A stretch of 64,000 bases of DNA from Bugula neritina (taxonomy: Eukaryota; Animalia; Bryozoa): positions 12,554,633 to 12,618,632 of the forward strand of contig OZ037769.1 in NCBI GenBank assembly GCA_964035545.1. The letters run 5' to 3'. The position numbers were made by a program, and so were the translations under genes. This document shows, one piece after another, positions 1-14,039 of this stretch. How positions within the stretch are numbered: position 1 is the first letter of the stretch; each line of letters opens with the position of its first letter. The notes beneath the pieces are model-generated. The model was not told the origin of the DNA and searched no databases. It saw only the letters and a program-made list of their open reading frames with translations.

Positions 1-2690
1 TATTTGAAGGGTAGGTAAATGTTTGTGGAAACTGTAGGCAATGAATGTAGCAGTTTTGAAAATATCAGGCTTCCCATAAGTAAAGGTTGTTACTGGGAAA
101 CTATAATACAGTGTTCTCTCTATATCTCACTAAGCTGCCGATTTGTGATTAGTAGAATACCAGATTTAACTCACCAATTTTGTTCCTATACACACAAAAG
201 GGGGTTTAAGCCTTATGGAAGTTTATGAGAAATGGATCCGTGAGCTATGGAGGTAGCATTGTGTTTCACCAATAGTCCAGATCATAAATAACGCGGGTTT
301 TGTGGAGATAAACTCAGTGTAGTGTTGGTTTCAACTGAGAATCTGGATTTAAATTTGGTAACCCATCAGTTTCACGAATTGAGTAGACTCTGTAGTTGGC
401 TGTAGATTCTGTTGTATCTGTGTTTATACGGAACTGTGATTAGCTGGCATAACTGGCCACCAGACATGATAGAGGTGGGTGGCCTCATCAGTGTTCATAT
501 CAAAACTCTGGCAGCCAGTATGCTGCCCTGCTGCCGTTACTCTCACTCCTTACACAAACATATCATGATATGTTTCCTATCTACAGATATAAACAACTAC
601 CTCTCCCTCTTTCAAACCTAATACAAGTTGCAGGGGGTAGACCTCTAGCCCCATATGTCAGTAGTTTCAACCTGGGAACTAAGGCCATTGCCCTGGCGTC
701 ATTGTTTGAATCATCTCTGAAGCCGGGATGTTCATACTAATCCAATTAGATGCCGCTGTGTGGCATCACCCTAACTGTTAGATTCAATAAACATGCTATT
801 ATATTTTATTCCTGACAAGTGGGCCAATATTCATGATAGTCAGTAAATTGACAAGCTGTAATTTAATAGACCTTATGGCTAATTGTATATAATATTGCCA
901 AAGGCACTTGCAATATGTTGGGTGTTTGGTGAATAGCAAATCACAAACACTGCATAGTGGAAACTCACAATGAAATTATAGCTTCAATTTGTGTTCTTTG
1001 TTACTCATTTAGCCATCGCAGGTCATCAGTCCTCTGGCATTAGGATTTCTCTGATCTGAAAAGTGCATGTGATTACATCATCATTTATATTTGAGCATCC
1101 AGTGGCCCATGCGGACGAAGGCTGACCATTTTCTTTCTCCATACAAATAAACTATTACTGTATTGCTATTCAAGTTGCCATCAGTATAAACTGGCAATAC
1201 ATGTACCAGCAGTTCCAGCATAGTGACTGTTTCCTGGTAGTGTAGAGCATAGGGGCTTCTCACGCTACACTGATGTGCAAGTTGACTCTATTTAAGGGTT
1301 TAAATACCACTATTGGCATGATGGTTTCAGCATTATGAAATAGCTGGTCACTAAACACTGTTTTTACATTATTTTGAATTTACTGAGTATGAGGAAATAT
1401 GTTGAATGAATATCTTGGGTGGCTATGTGATAATGCTTTTTATTTTGGAGTAAGGGGTCCTCGATATTCTTGTTGCTGCAGTCTATTGTCTTTTATCTTT
1501 ACAACGCTCTTACTGCTACTACTACTCCATTACCACAAAGTACCACCACTCTTTCTGTCACTTCTGCAGCCACTACCACCACTATAGCAGCTACTCCCAC
1601 AGCTCTCCGAAGTTGCTGAAATTTTGAAAGCCTGATTTTTTATGTCTTTTCAAAAAACTGTGATTTCAACAGCAAAGTTTAAACTCTATGAGTGAGTAGC
1701 TGCTTTTCTCCGTAGGTCACCAATAGCTGAGACCATTTGGTATTGTTTCCATTCAGCAAAATATACATGTCTGCTTTGGTTTTAGTTGGAGCTGGGCGAG
1801 GTGGTAGAGGAAGGAGGGGAAGAGGTGCCTGGAGAGGTAGGTATTAGTGGCTAAACCAGTGGCTCTAGGAATCATGGTCAACACACACCATTTTAGTAGT
1901 CCACAGCTCTGCATCTTAATGGTATGTACATATGTTAGCTATAGTTTAATCTGCATTTAACGAGCCTTCCCAGACCACCCCTTCTTTAGCAAGGTAAGTA
2001 TTGAAACCTCAGGCTTACTATCAGGACAAACAACACCTCTGCTGCACAGACACTGGAGGTAAGTTGTGAGAAGTTTGTAGCCAACCAACATTCAGCTTTC
2101 TGGGTAAGTCATGTTTTAGTGTTGCCTTCTTTTTTTCCATTTGATTATATTTTGCTGACGAACATTAAACATTCATATTTTAGAAAGTTGTGTAAAAATT
2201 CTGAATGACTTTTTTCTTTGTACATACTTGTATAAGAATGAATAAACTGTGATCTAACCACTGATGCAAATGGTATATTTACAATAAATGAAAAATAGTA
2301 ACAGCATAACAAAACATAACATGATATAAAATGTTTTAAAGTGAACTATATACATGCAATATATAAATAAGCTGAAAATGATGTAGTCAAGCAATAGGTG
2401 TATAGACATGGGAGTGATAAATGAATGTATTTGATTTAGATTAACTAATCTCCATTTCCTGGGTTTCTTCATAGTAAAAGTTTATTGTGTGCATTCTTCT
2501 TTTATGAGCCTGTAAACCATTAGCCAGATGTGTTGCTTATAATTATTAGAGAGGCTAGTTATTTATGTCTGACTCTAACAATAGACAATAATAATTATAT
2601 TAGCTCTCTTTCTGGCATTGATGGAAAATATCTCCATAAATTCTTTCTAGAAAATGATGATGTTCTAAACATTTCAGTTGAATATCCACA

Positions 2691-3776
2691 TCATTTCCTG
2701 CATCTGGTACAGCGCAGTGAATGCAAGGCTCTTCTAAACTTAGAATAGCAGCATAAATTGAAAAGGAAAAGAATAGAAAACATGAAATAAAAAAGCACAT
2801 CAGATAGTATAGTGAGAGTGTCAGCTAGTAAGTCATTCTCGCAAATCTGCATGAATAAGGGTGGATTGTGTACCACTCTGAGTGCATTTCTTGGCGCAGA
2901 CAGTACCAGATAAATCATAACAATCACACCAAGAAGATGATTGAAATTCTTTTCATCTTTCATATAATCCTTGCTAGTAATATGATCATCAGCATAGGTT
3001 GATATATGCCCATTCCCACTGAGAGCTGAGTAGGTGTGCATTTTTCTGCAGCACATTGGTGGTAGGATTATGGGAAGTACAAGGTAAGGCAACCCCACAC
3101 TGAATATGACCATCACCCAGTGGTAGTAGTAATACTGTGAGATATATCCCCCTGTAGTGTCAACTACACTGTCCAAAGGTGCAACTACCATCCGGGTACA
3201 GTTATGGCTGCCATATTGGTCTGTTACTTCGGAAAGTTCATACTCCCAATACTGAGGAAGTGAACATACAAAACATACCACCAGCATTAGGATCGAGGCC
3301 AATATTCCGTGAAGACGACCAAATGATGCATGCCACTGACCACACATAGAGTGGCCGACTCGCTCTATCACTGCCATAGCCAATAGCCACGTGCACGAGT
3401 ATAAACACCAGTTCTCTAGTACCATGACGTAAGGTAGTCCTTGCCACATGTCTAGTGAGTAGTAATACGGATTCTGTTCTAATGGGACATATGTCGGCAG
3501 GTGAATGGCAGCTGAACACAGCACCAGGAGAAATGAAAGAACATTAAATGCTGCCAAGTAGCACTCATGAGAATCTGTGGCCATTTTGGAAGTCACAATG
3601 CTGTTGAGTAGGGTGAATATGAGAGCCAGGCCGATAAACACTGGATAGATGTAGTACAAGACTTCATTAGTAACGAACAACCAGTCATCTGGTCCTGTGC
3701 TGTTGACCTGGTTAGAGAGAATCTTAGTGCATTCGATCACGTGGGGTATAACCCCCAATACGTAATAATCCCCCAT
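2691..3776 (-). CDS. Class A (rhodopsin-like) 7TM GPCR, FMRFamide/peptide-receptor-like, single coding exon
   Basis: 361 aa ORF with seven hydrophobic segments; TM3 ends AVIERV (DRY-like); TM4-ECL2 CSLPQYWEY...C; helix-8-like SKFRRAL and Cys-rich tail. A possible acceptor (ttccag) lies just upstream of the ATG. Confidence 0.8.
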   Translation of the reverse strand: MGDYYVLGVIPHVIECTKILSNQVNSTGPDDWLFVTNEVLYYIYPVFIGLALIFTLLNSIVTSKMATDSHECYLAAFNVLSFLLVLCSAAIHLPTYVPLEQNPYYYSLDMWQGLPYVMVLENWCLYSCTWLLAMAVIERVGHSMCGQWHASFGRLHGILASILMLVVCFVCSLPQYWEYELSEVTDQYGSHNCTRMVVAPLDSVVDTTGGYISQYYYYHWVMVIFSVGLPYLVLPIILPPMCCRKMHTYSALSGNGHISTYADDHITSKDYMKDEKNFNHLLGVIVMIYLVLSAPRNALRVVHNPPLFMQICENDLLADTLTILSDVLFYFMFSILFLFNLCCYSKFRRALHSLRCTRCRK

Positions 3777-4883
3777 TCTTTACCTGGAACACAAAACGAT
3801 ACATCATTGAGGCACTATTTTAATTTAGATCAACAAAAAATAGGAATAAAATTCCCCTTGCTTGATTCATCAGTGAACAACCTTACTACTTTATTTTGCA
3901 GACAGCTAAATATAACTGTTAGCTATCAGCCTGTCTGTTAATGCAGATGTTATATTGTAGTGAATGCTACTTTTGGCAATTAACTGTAGTTGTTATCTCT
4001 TTCTATATGCAAACTAGGGCCGCACTTTATCTACAATTAATTGAGTAACTTTCTATATCAATACGAGCACCAAATCTGCTAGCTCCTGCTAGTAGGGGTG
4101 GCTAATCAGATACCCTACTATAAGTTTTCAAACATCAACAGGCTACGTATTATTAGAGAGATCAATAAATTCTTGATGAATCACATACGAAGGGTTCATC
4201 AAGGAGGATACTTGAAGGGCACTCCTGCTGCATATTAGTTTGAGGAATATTTTCCAAGTAGAAATTAACTTTAATGCTAATTTATAGGCTGCATGTGACA
4301 ACAACCCATGTAATTATAAGTGATGATGATTGGAATTACACAAAATTAATTATTTGCTCTTGTCAATTACATTGCCCAGAGATTGTGTCTGCCCTGGCAA
4401 CTATTATTGCTGTTTTTATTTCTATTTCCCTCTGCAGTATATACTATGACTGTTAATCTCTTATTGATTTGTAAAAACAGATGATATGAAGATTCTGGAA
4501 TTCACATGAAAATTTTGTAGCTGCCGAAGTTTTAACAAGAGGGTAGCAACTCTGTTCAGCTAAGGTCAAAGTTCAAGGAGATCAGCCGACCAACTAATCA
4601 ATATACAGAACAGAAAATGGCTTGCAGTAACGAAGTAATTAAGAAAAGCCTGTGTTCTAGATTAAAAATGGTGCAAGAGAAGTTGTGTTGTAGCAAGAAG
4701 TTCAACCCTTGCCCCAAACCAAACTGTAATAAAATAAAAGAACTTATGCTATCTCAATTTCTCCACTACTGCTTCTAAATGCAGAACCGAACTGGGATGT
4801 GAATATATAAAAATTGAGTATGCAGTTGGCAGAATTTCAGACTTATTGGGTATATTCTATATGTGACCACAATGTGCCCTTTC

Positions 4884-5688
4884 AGCATAATGCCCATGAC
4901 ACACTACAGTCGAAACTCGACTGTGGCGGCCATTTTAAAGCTGCTCGCGCATACCTTCAACGTCACGTCCTACTTTTTGCTGGTCACACTACAGTTCACT
5001 ACGAACGATGAAAGCTAACTGTCTCTAGTCTCGCAGTAAACTTTTAAACCAATAGGAATGCCATAAACCAGTTTCTGCAGTATCCACAGTAACCAACAAT
5101 TAAATTTAGCGCAATTTTTTGAGAGTTACTAGCATAATTTAATAAGATTTTCTAGTTATTTTTATTCTAATTTACTAGCTTCAATTATTCAAAATTACTA
5201 GCTTTATTTAATGATATTACTTAGCTTTATTCAAGCTCATTCACTAGCCTAAAGAACTAAATAGTACGCTAATAAAATTCAACCAAATTAGAAAAACTAA
5301 ATATGCAGATAAAATTCAGCAAAATTTATCTAATGAATACTTATTTTCATGATTTATTGAAACTTTCATACATAACTTCATCATAATTATTTTAAAAGTA
5401 AATTAATATAATTTTCGAAGAACCAAATCAAATAATAATGCTCGCTAGTAGCACGTGGAAAAAGTAAAAGCACTTAACCAATCAGGGTTTACCTGGCCAG
5501 TCAGTGATTGGCTGATCGCTCAACTTCAGCGATGACAGTTCAACATGTCGAACTTTCATCGCATCGCTAAAAACTGACAGTTGCGTTCAGAAATCAGACA
5601 GTTGTGACGTCACAGAGGTCAACGCTTAGCCTCGAAAACGCGTTCAAGATGGCCGTTTTGACTGTAGTGTGGCAGCCCCATTATGCTA
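4884..5688. mobile_element. Non-autonomous TIR DNA element (~0.8 kb), superfamily unresolved
   Basis: Left agcataatg..acactacagtcgaaac..ggccattttaaa matches the reverse complement of right ttcaagatggccgttttgactgtagtgt..cattatgct; AT-rich non-coding interior; no clear TSD. Confidence 0.55.
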
Positions 5689-6082
5689 GCTATTTAAATC
5701 TGTGAGGTATACACACACGTGAGAAGAAGTTTACTTACTTACTATACTGTATACCTAAAGTGTACTGACTATACTATCTCAAAGTTATTACAACAGGTAG
5801 CTCTTTTATTAGGAAACATAAATAGCTCGGAACTGTGAATGTTAGATGTAGCCTAGATGAGTGCAGCAGACAATAGGCAGGGATAGGTGGGGATGAGTCA
5901 GGAGTGGCTTACTTTACCTGGACTGTATCTTGGCTCAGTGAATAGTAAAACAGATCCATAAATAGAGTAAATGAGATGTACCAAACTCACAGTTATTTCC
6001 TCTCTAGATATGCAAAAGCTTTGACTCATGGCTGTATAGTAGATGAAGTGACCAGAGAGCTAACCTTTACTAACTGTATATC

Positions 6083-8171
6083 TAATAGACGATGTAAATT
6101 TGGTACATTTAGTACCTTGTACCAACTCTAGAATACTCACCACTATAACTTATATAAACTTCTGCAAGTTCAAATGCAAAATGCATACTTTTAGAAAATA
6201 GCTGTGCAACTTTTATTACATGCATTATTTTATTTCATATCTTAAACTTATGAACCATGAGTTCATTTTTCAAAATGTTTAAATTAAGTGTTCAAAAAAT
6301 GCAATTAAAATTTTTATTCTTGCACAAATACCCTGGTGCAGTTTGACCACAACCCCAGCTGTTTTGGCAAACACATTTAATGGTTTTTTTATTGACATAG
6401 TGGTGAATGAGCTGGTTGTTTTTGGCAGTTGGGTAGACTTGAAGCTTGGCAGCTTTTAAACAATTCTGATTGGCAGGATTTTACACGATAAGTTGATGTT
6501 TGTATCTGATTGGCCTAATAATGCATTTGCATTTGAAAATGTAGAGTTTTATTTAAGCTATAATGGTGATATTTTAGAGTTGGTACACACCCCTTTTGGG
6601 TTGAGTTTTATAGTCTGTTCCTGCTGTAGTCATCTACAACAACAGTGTATAGGGAAATTATTAGTATTACGAAATCTGTTTTGGCTTACTTTGCTATGCC
6701 AGTATTCTGACTTAGTTTGTAATCAACTATGTTGGCAGTTAAAACTGAGGGTGATTTCATCAAAGGTGGACATTGCTGAGGCCTTAGAACATCAAATCAA
6801 CCAGTGCTGTTACTTGGTTTTATTGTAAAGCAGTAGTGAGAGCATAGCACACTATCACAGTCACTGAGCTGCAATGACAGTGGCTACACCAAACTCGTCA
6901 GTTCTATTATATTATCTTATGTAAGGCACGTCAAAACAATATAGACCCACATGCAAGGCACTACATGCTAATACTCATTTTTATACAAAATTTCTACATT
7001 ATCTATTGCTAATAGCTGTGCATTTAAATCCAATGCAGATGAATATGTGACAGAGTAAAAAGCTACTGTTTTACAAATTTAAAATAAAATAATAGTGCGG
7101 GTATACACAAGCAAATAATTTATAGTTAGCGTAGGCTAATGCATTTGTAATGTGCATGTTAAACAACTTTTTTATAATTTATTACATTAGACTATGAGAA
7201 TGTATTTAGTAGTATGCATTGATTTAAAACTAAATCATGAAATGATTATCATTATTGCAACCTCTGTGCTTGGTAGACAGGATAGAGAGGGGTGGTGTGA
7301 CTGCTGTAACTGTGCTACTGCTCTACATACTAACAGAGACTAGGCTAGTGTTTTGACGTGCCTTACATACTGTCATTGCAGCTCAGTGACTGTGATAGTG
7401 TGCTATGCTCTCACTACTGCTTTACAATACAACCAAGTAACAGCACTGGTTGATTTGATGTTCTAAGGCCTCAGCAATGTCTACCTTTGATGAAATCACC
7501 CTCAGTTTTAACTGCCAACATAGTTGATTATAACAAAACTAAGTCAGAATACTGGCATAGCAAAGTAAGCCAAAACAGATTTCGTAATACTAATAATTTC
7601 CCTATACACTGTTGTTGTAGATGACTACAGCAGGAACAGACTATAAAACTCAACCCAAAAGGGGTGTGTGCCAACTCTAAAATATCACCATTATAGCTTA
7701 AATAAAACTCTACATTTTCAAATGCAAATGCATTATTAGGCCAATCAGATACAAACATCAACTTATCGTGTAAAATCCTGCCAATCAGAATTGTTTAAAA
7801 GCTGCCAAGCTTCAAGTCTACCCAACTGCCAAAAACAACCAGCTCATTCACCACTATGTCAATAAAAAAACCATTAAATGTGTTTGCCAAAACAGCTGGG
7901 GTTGTGGTCAAACTGCACCAGGGTATTTGTGCAAGAATAAAAATTTTAATTGCATTTTTTGAGCACTTAATTTAAACATTTTGAAAAATGAACTCATGGT
8001 TCATAAATTTAAGATATGAAATAAAATAATGCATGTAATAAAAGTTGCACAGCTATTTTCTAAAAGTATGCATTTTGCATTTGAACTTGCAGAAGTTTAT
8101 ATAAGTTTTAGTGGTGAGTATTCTAGAGTTGGTACAAGGTACTAAATGTACCAACTTTACATCGTCTATTA
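6083..8171. mobile_element. Long-TIR/foldback-like non-autonomous element (arms ~6083-6938 and ~7349-8171)
   Basis: ~800 bp near-perfect inverted arms (about eight small differences plus a ~37 bp indel near the inner end), ~410 bp spacer, TA at both outer ends. Explains the mirror ORFs 6493-6828(+) and 7528-7761(-). Confidence 0.75.
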
Positions 8172-9739
8172 TAAGATGTAGAAAAGCTTCTTGCAGTGAA
8201 GGAGGAGGAATGGTTCCTTATGAACAAACAAAAAGATCTCAAAAAGCGTTTAAAATTTGAAATACATAATGTATATTTACAATTAATGGACTAAAATGAG
8301 AAAGGTACAGAACTTGGAGGGACAGCCTTTACGCTAGAGCAGTTGGAATTCATGTTGCCGTTAGATTCTAGAATTGACAACATATTTTATTTGAGACAAT
8401 GGAAGGATTGTTATTCTGGCAACAGCAACTTCCTTTGCTGACAGTTTTTGTTTAATCAAAATGATGTCTGTGTAAATATAAGCTAGGCAGGTTGGGGAGT
8501 GTCTCAGACTAATGAACTCAAATCATGCATCAAAATGTGTCAAATCATCTCCAAATCACATTTTAATTTATACAAGAAAAAGAAAATAATAAGGTAGGCA
8601 GCACCTGCAGTCTGAAAATGCCTTATGTCATTTCTGACAGCACAGCTTGAAGTAAGACAAGGCATTTGAACAGTAAAAAATTTTAACAAGAACAAGATAG
8701 CAGCAACAAAGATAACTTGAGAAGACCGTGCATCAATTTATAAGAAACACTCCCTAAACCCAGTGAAATCCATTTAGAATTTCACGTTAGATTTTTTTAC
8801 TAGAAGTGAAAAAAATAGAAACCACTAGACAATTCTCATTATGGCAGCTTAGCAATAAAGTGGCAGCCATTACCCAACAACAATAACATTAGTATAACTT
8901 TTCTCTAATAAAGCACTAGCTTATAATAACAATACTCCTCTAATAGTGGGTACTGGATCAGTTTAAACACATTAGCATTCAAAGGTGCACTTGCTTTCAC
9001 TGAACACGATTGTGCAGCAAGGGCTGAAAGATAACAAACTCTGAACAAAATGAACTAGTCAGGAACTGCACTAATTGGAAAACAAGTTAAACTTTTTATT
9101 TTTAATCCAAGCAAAAGCTCAATTCTTGGCTTATAAAATAATGCTATATAATATTCTGCACTACATGCCAGTACGTAATATTCCGTGCATTTTTAAAACA
9201 GAAGTCCAACTTCCTTTTTATTGACCCTCTTCGTCAACAAAAAACTACTAAAATTTCTTGCAGTTGTCTACATGTCATATAAATTTACAGATAAAAGCTA
9301 CACCCAGCTACACAGTAGTAAAATGTGCAATAACTAAACCGACTGCAAAGGAAATATTTAAAAAAAAAGATGTTTGGTAACGTAATATACTGGGAAAATA
9401 GCTTTTAACATTAGGTATTACATTTGGAAATCCGAAAGTTATACTATAGAAAAACTTTCTAGAACAAAGCATACAACAGCCTGCACCCCTAAGACAGTAG
9501 CCTAAAATCTGTCAACTGACATTTTGAGAAGACTATGAATGAGTGAGACAGACAGTATTGTACTAAGAACTGTGCTAGTGAATAGAGGCATATGAGAACG
9601 TGCTTTTGACACTAATGAGCTATTAAAATGACATTCATTGAAGTTAAATGTAAAACAGCAGTAAGCAGAAATTTCATTGAACTGGTGGGTAGATGTAGAA
9701 TTGATAGCAGGTATTCTAATTACATCTGAGGATACTGGT

Positions 9740-9883
9740 GTTAGACTGTGATCAAACTCTATAGCTTATACTGTGATCTAACTCTATAGTTTAGACTGTG
9801 ACTTAGCTCCACAGCTTTTAGACTGTGATCTAACTAGATGGTTTGGACTGTGATCTAACTCTATGGTTTATAGTTTATACTGT
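9740..9883. repeat. ~24 bp minisatellite (ttagactgtgatctaactctatag), ~6 degenerate copies
   Basis: Tandem units read directly. Confidence 0.8.
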
Positions 9884-12800
9884 AATATTTGGTAACCCCC
9901 ATTCTTCATGTGTGAACATCAAATCCGTTTCCATGCAAAGTTTCTAAAATGTAACGGCTGGGTAGGAATTGGGACACCCTGATTTCATCAACATTTATAA
10001 ATTAAAGGAGTCTATAAATAAACAGACTGGGAACTGAAGTATTACATGAAAGTTTTTGCTATGAACTAATATTAAGAAATGTAAATATTAGTAAAGTTTC
10101 AAGAATATGAGACTTGAGATAACTGACAAGGCAGACACTTGAGGAACTACAAATTGTAAGCAGGAATGAATATACAGCTACACCTCCAAATTAACTATAC
10201 AAAATGGGATGGCTAGACTGCCAAGTAATGAAAAGTAATTACAGTTCATGCTATTAAAACTAATAATTTGCATTGCAACTTTGATTTAAGGTTTAGCCAT
10301 TAGCTTAATAGAACCGGTTTACACCCATTATGATTTCATAGTTTAGTAAACCCATATGCCTGTTATTAAAACCAGTTGATGGTTTGGAGGTGGCAATAGC
10401 CAGGCACTATGATAAATATTTATGTATGCAAAGTTGATGGTGAGGTAATTAATTGCGTGGAAATTGACTACACATAATAAATTGCTCTATTTGTACCTTT
10501 AGAATATATCAATATCAGTGTTAGTATTTTGCTATGCTGTGTTTTTGAAGAAATGTAGCTAATCATAACATGTGATTGGGCTGTATATTAAGTTAAAAAT
10601 TTCTTTGAAGTGCAACATTTAGTAAAACCTAAAATAAAATAATAAAATCTGTTGATAGCTTTTGGGCTACTTTAAAACTGTGTCTTGTTTTCTAAAGACA
10701 AATGCATCTATAAAAGTTATATTTAACAAGAAACAGTGTGAATCTTGATTTGGTCCTTACTTGCAAAGACTATTGAAATGAATTAAATATGCAACATTTA
10801 GTCAAATATATTTTAATTATAGTCACAGTGGTGTAGATCATGGTAGTTATGTTCGAATTTCAAAATGTATTATATTTCTATAATTGTATAATATAACCCA
10901 CTTTTCATATTACCTCAACTGGATGAGTATGAATGTTATAGTTAAGGATACTGGCATACTTTTTCAGAGCGTTGCATAGATTTTTAAGGTTAGTAGTTGC
11001 TAGTGGTAAACATTTGTCAACTAGAACTTTCAAGCAACTGGGGAATGTGGACATTTTGCTAAGACAATTTTATTTCAATGTCAACTTAAAATTAAAATTA
11101 AACTTCCATCATTACATTAAATTTTCTACCAAATCAATTATTATCCTAATGACCCTCTTAAAAACAGGTTCATTATTGGAACTTCAGCATCAGTTACACA
11201 ATCAGCATTATACTTAGCATGAGTGATTAAAATAATTGATGACTGGAAGTAAAAGTTGGCAATATAGTCACAACCATCTATATTTTGGTGACAGTCCTGG
11301 TGAAAGTATTAGTAAGTTTGGTATTGGTAGCTGCAGTTATAGCGAAAACCACTTATAGTCATATAAACAGTTTAATAAATTACTTGTCAATCTAAATTAT
11401 AGGTGGCCATCATCAATTGCAGTAAAGGTAATGAGTAACTACAACTGTGATTAATGAGCGATTTAATTAGTATCATAGGTTAAAACAGTTACTTCACTTA
11501 AACATTGACATTATGATTATCACTGGCTGAGATAAGAACACCACAATGATAATATGAAGGACTATAGCTGAGTTGACAATTTTTAAAAACTGCAGGTTTA
11601 ACTTCATCTTAGTGTTAATTACCAGTTTCAGACCTCAGGGTATTAAAAATTATCACTCTACATACTGCAAGCATTATATTTACTATCACTATGACAGTAT
11701 AAGAAATAACTATAAGTCAGTAACTGTAAGTTATAACAATTATAGTAACAGAACATCAACATGATATTATTATTTGTATAAAGTCCTAGGCAATTTAATC
11801 ATGTTTTAATGAATAAGATTAGAGGTTTAAATTTTATTTAAATATACCTAATTCACTGAAAATTAAAACTATACTTATAGCACTAGTAGGCGTAGCAGTT
11901 GTTTTTGCTATTCACTTATATCGATATTGATATTTAATAAATACAACGCTAAAATAAAAACCTATATAGAGTATGATTATTAATTAAAATTAGGTGTCGT
12001 ATAATAATTTATTATTTATTTATCTTTTTTCAACTTCAAGTTCAAGCGTACTCCGTACGGTTAAATGTACTGTTTAGTTTAAGTTTTACTACCAGTAACT
12101 GTAATTTTTAAACCGTTAGTTACTTTTAGTTTTACATTCTCACAATATGAATTGAATAATAATATGAATACGTTAATATTGTTGAGTAAATAACACTCAC
12201 ACTGTGATTCAGATTTTGATTGAGTTCAACTGTAAGTAAAGTTAAAGACTAAACAGTAAACAGCAAAAATATTATTACCAATTTAAATTGCATTTATAAT
12301 ATTTATTTATATTTATTTATTAACATTATTAAATAATATTAATTGCATTTAACTTTGTAAACTCAAACTGAAACTGTAAACACTAAACAGTATCAGTTTG
12401 AGTTTGACTGTATGAGTATCAGTATCACTATCAGTATATACTATATTATTATTAATATACATGCATTGCCTTACATCGAAATATGTTGTCCACTTTGTAG
12501 AAGCTGCACAAGCTCAAGGTCAACTTTCAATGAGACAAGTTTTACAGACTCGAAACCACGGTTCTTTTCTAAAGATTCAGAATCATAAAGAGATTGCGCC
12601 AGAGGCGAGTTTCAAGTGTGCCAGCAATGTATTTGCACTTTCTTTTCGCTCTTTTTCTCCCCGAATTGACTTAGTTTCTCGTAATTGCGCCAAACCAAAA
12701 AATCTTGGTTTCGTGTGTCTAATTACTGAAAAAATTTGTTTGCTACATTTAATCTCGCAGGCTATTATAATTCACGTTTTGACATAGAATGTGATTAGAC

Positions 12801-13416
12801 AATTTTGTACCACAATGATTTTGATTGGACAAAGTTTGCTAACAAAATATAATTATGGGCTAGATTCCTATAAAAGAATTGCGCACGCAATACACGAGTA
12901 CCGGTTTCGTTTTATTCTTGGTCTAGATACATGAGCTGATAACTGCAACAATTATAACCATAATTTATATACATTCGTATATTACAAGCTGAATGTACAA
13001 TTAAAACCAAAAGAAGCTACAAGATATAAAACAAATTGACTAATAGGGCCAGTTCTTCAGGAGGATACAATGCACATTTTCACATATAGCTAAATTTGAA
13101 TAAAATGTATCAGTAATATTTTAAAGTTTGAATTCATGTTGGTTTTTAAACTTCATACTTCATGTTGCTATAGTAACTTATAATTCTGTAGTGACCTGAG
13201 TGTATTTCACTGCACACGTCAAATAAAATGCATAATAAGCTGGGGAAGTAATGTGAAAGTATAAATGATCCTAAATTTGCTATTGGTTAAATGACAAACA
13301 TAGCTGTAATATAACTTTAAAAAAATTATTCTATTTTCAGAAAGCATTTACCACAATATAATAATAGCAAAACTTATATATAATTATATACATAATTATA
13401 TACGTAATTATATACG

Positions 13417-13419
<3 letters not shown>

Positions 13420-13494
<75 letters not shown>
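13420..13494. repeat. (TA)n microsatellite
   Basis: Pure TA run; a second TA run lies at ~13997-14034. Confidence 0.95.
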
Positions 13495-13495
<1 letters not shown>

Positions 13496-13499
<4 letters not shown>

Positions 13500-13959
13500 G
13501 TATACGAGAAACATTGTTATTTATTACTTTATTAGGTAAAGTAATTACACTGATATTTCGGGTACCACTGTACCCATCTTCAGAGTAGCAATGAATGAAA
13601 TTCAAAAATTAGTATGCTACGTTAGACGTTATGCATGACACAAAGAATAGAGAGTGGCAGTTACTGTAAATTATTGAAACTTAGGGAGATAATCTTATTT
13701 TATATATTACGCAGGTCAAAAATTATACTGATTTTTTGCATAAAAAATAAATTAGAGTTGACAACAAAAATAGATATCCAATAATTTACAGTAACTGCCA
13801 CTCTCTATTCTTTGTGTCATGCATAACGTCTAACGTAGCATACTAATTTTTGAATTTCATTCATTGCTACTCTGAAGATGGGTACAGTGGTACCCGAAAT
13901 ATCAGTGTAATTACTTTACCTAATAAAGTAATAAATAACAATGTTTCTCGTATACCTAT
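13496..13959. mobile_element. MITE/foldback element with ~181 bp TIRs, next to TA microsatellites
   Basis: 13496-13676 is the reverse complement of 13779-13959, with a ~102 bp spacer; (TA)n on both sides. Confidence 0.8.
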
Positions 13960-13993
13960 CTATAATCAAATTACTAGCTCGTAAAGATATATT

Positions 13994-14039
<46 letters not shown>

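Noticed and set aside
1020-1275. Cys/Trp-containing exon-like frames on the minus strand
   Set aside because: Could not assemble a consistent spliced frame or recognise a domain.
6493-7761. Twin ORFs MMFVSDWPNN... on opposite strands
   Set aside because: By-product of the inverted arms; non-ATG starts, different lengths, no recognisable motifs.
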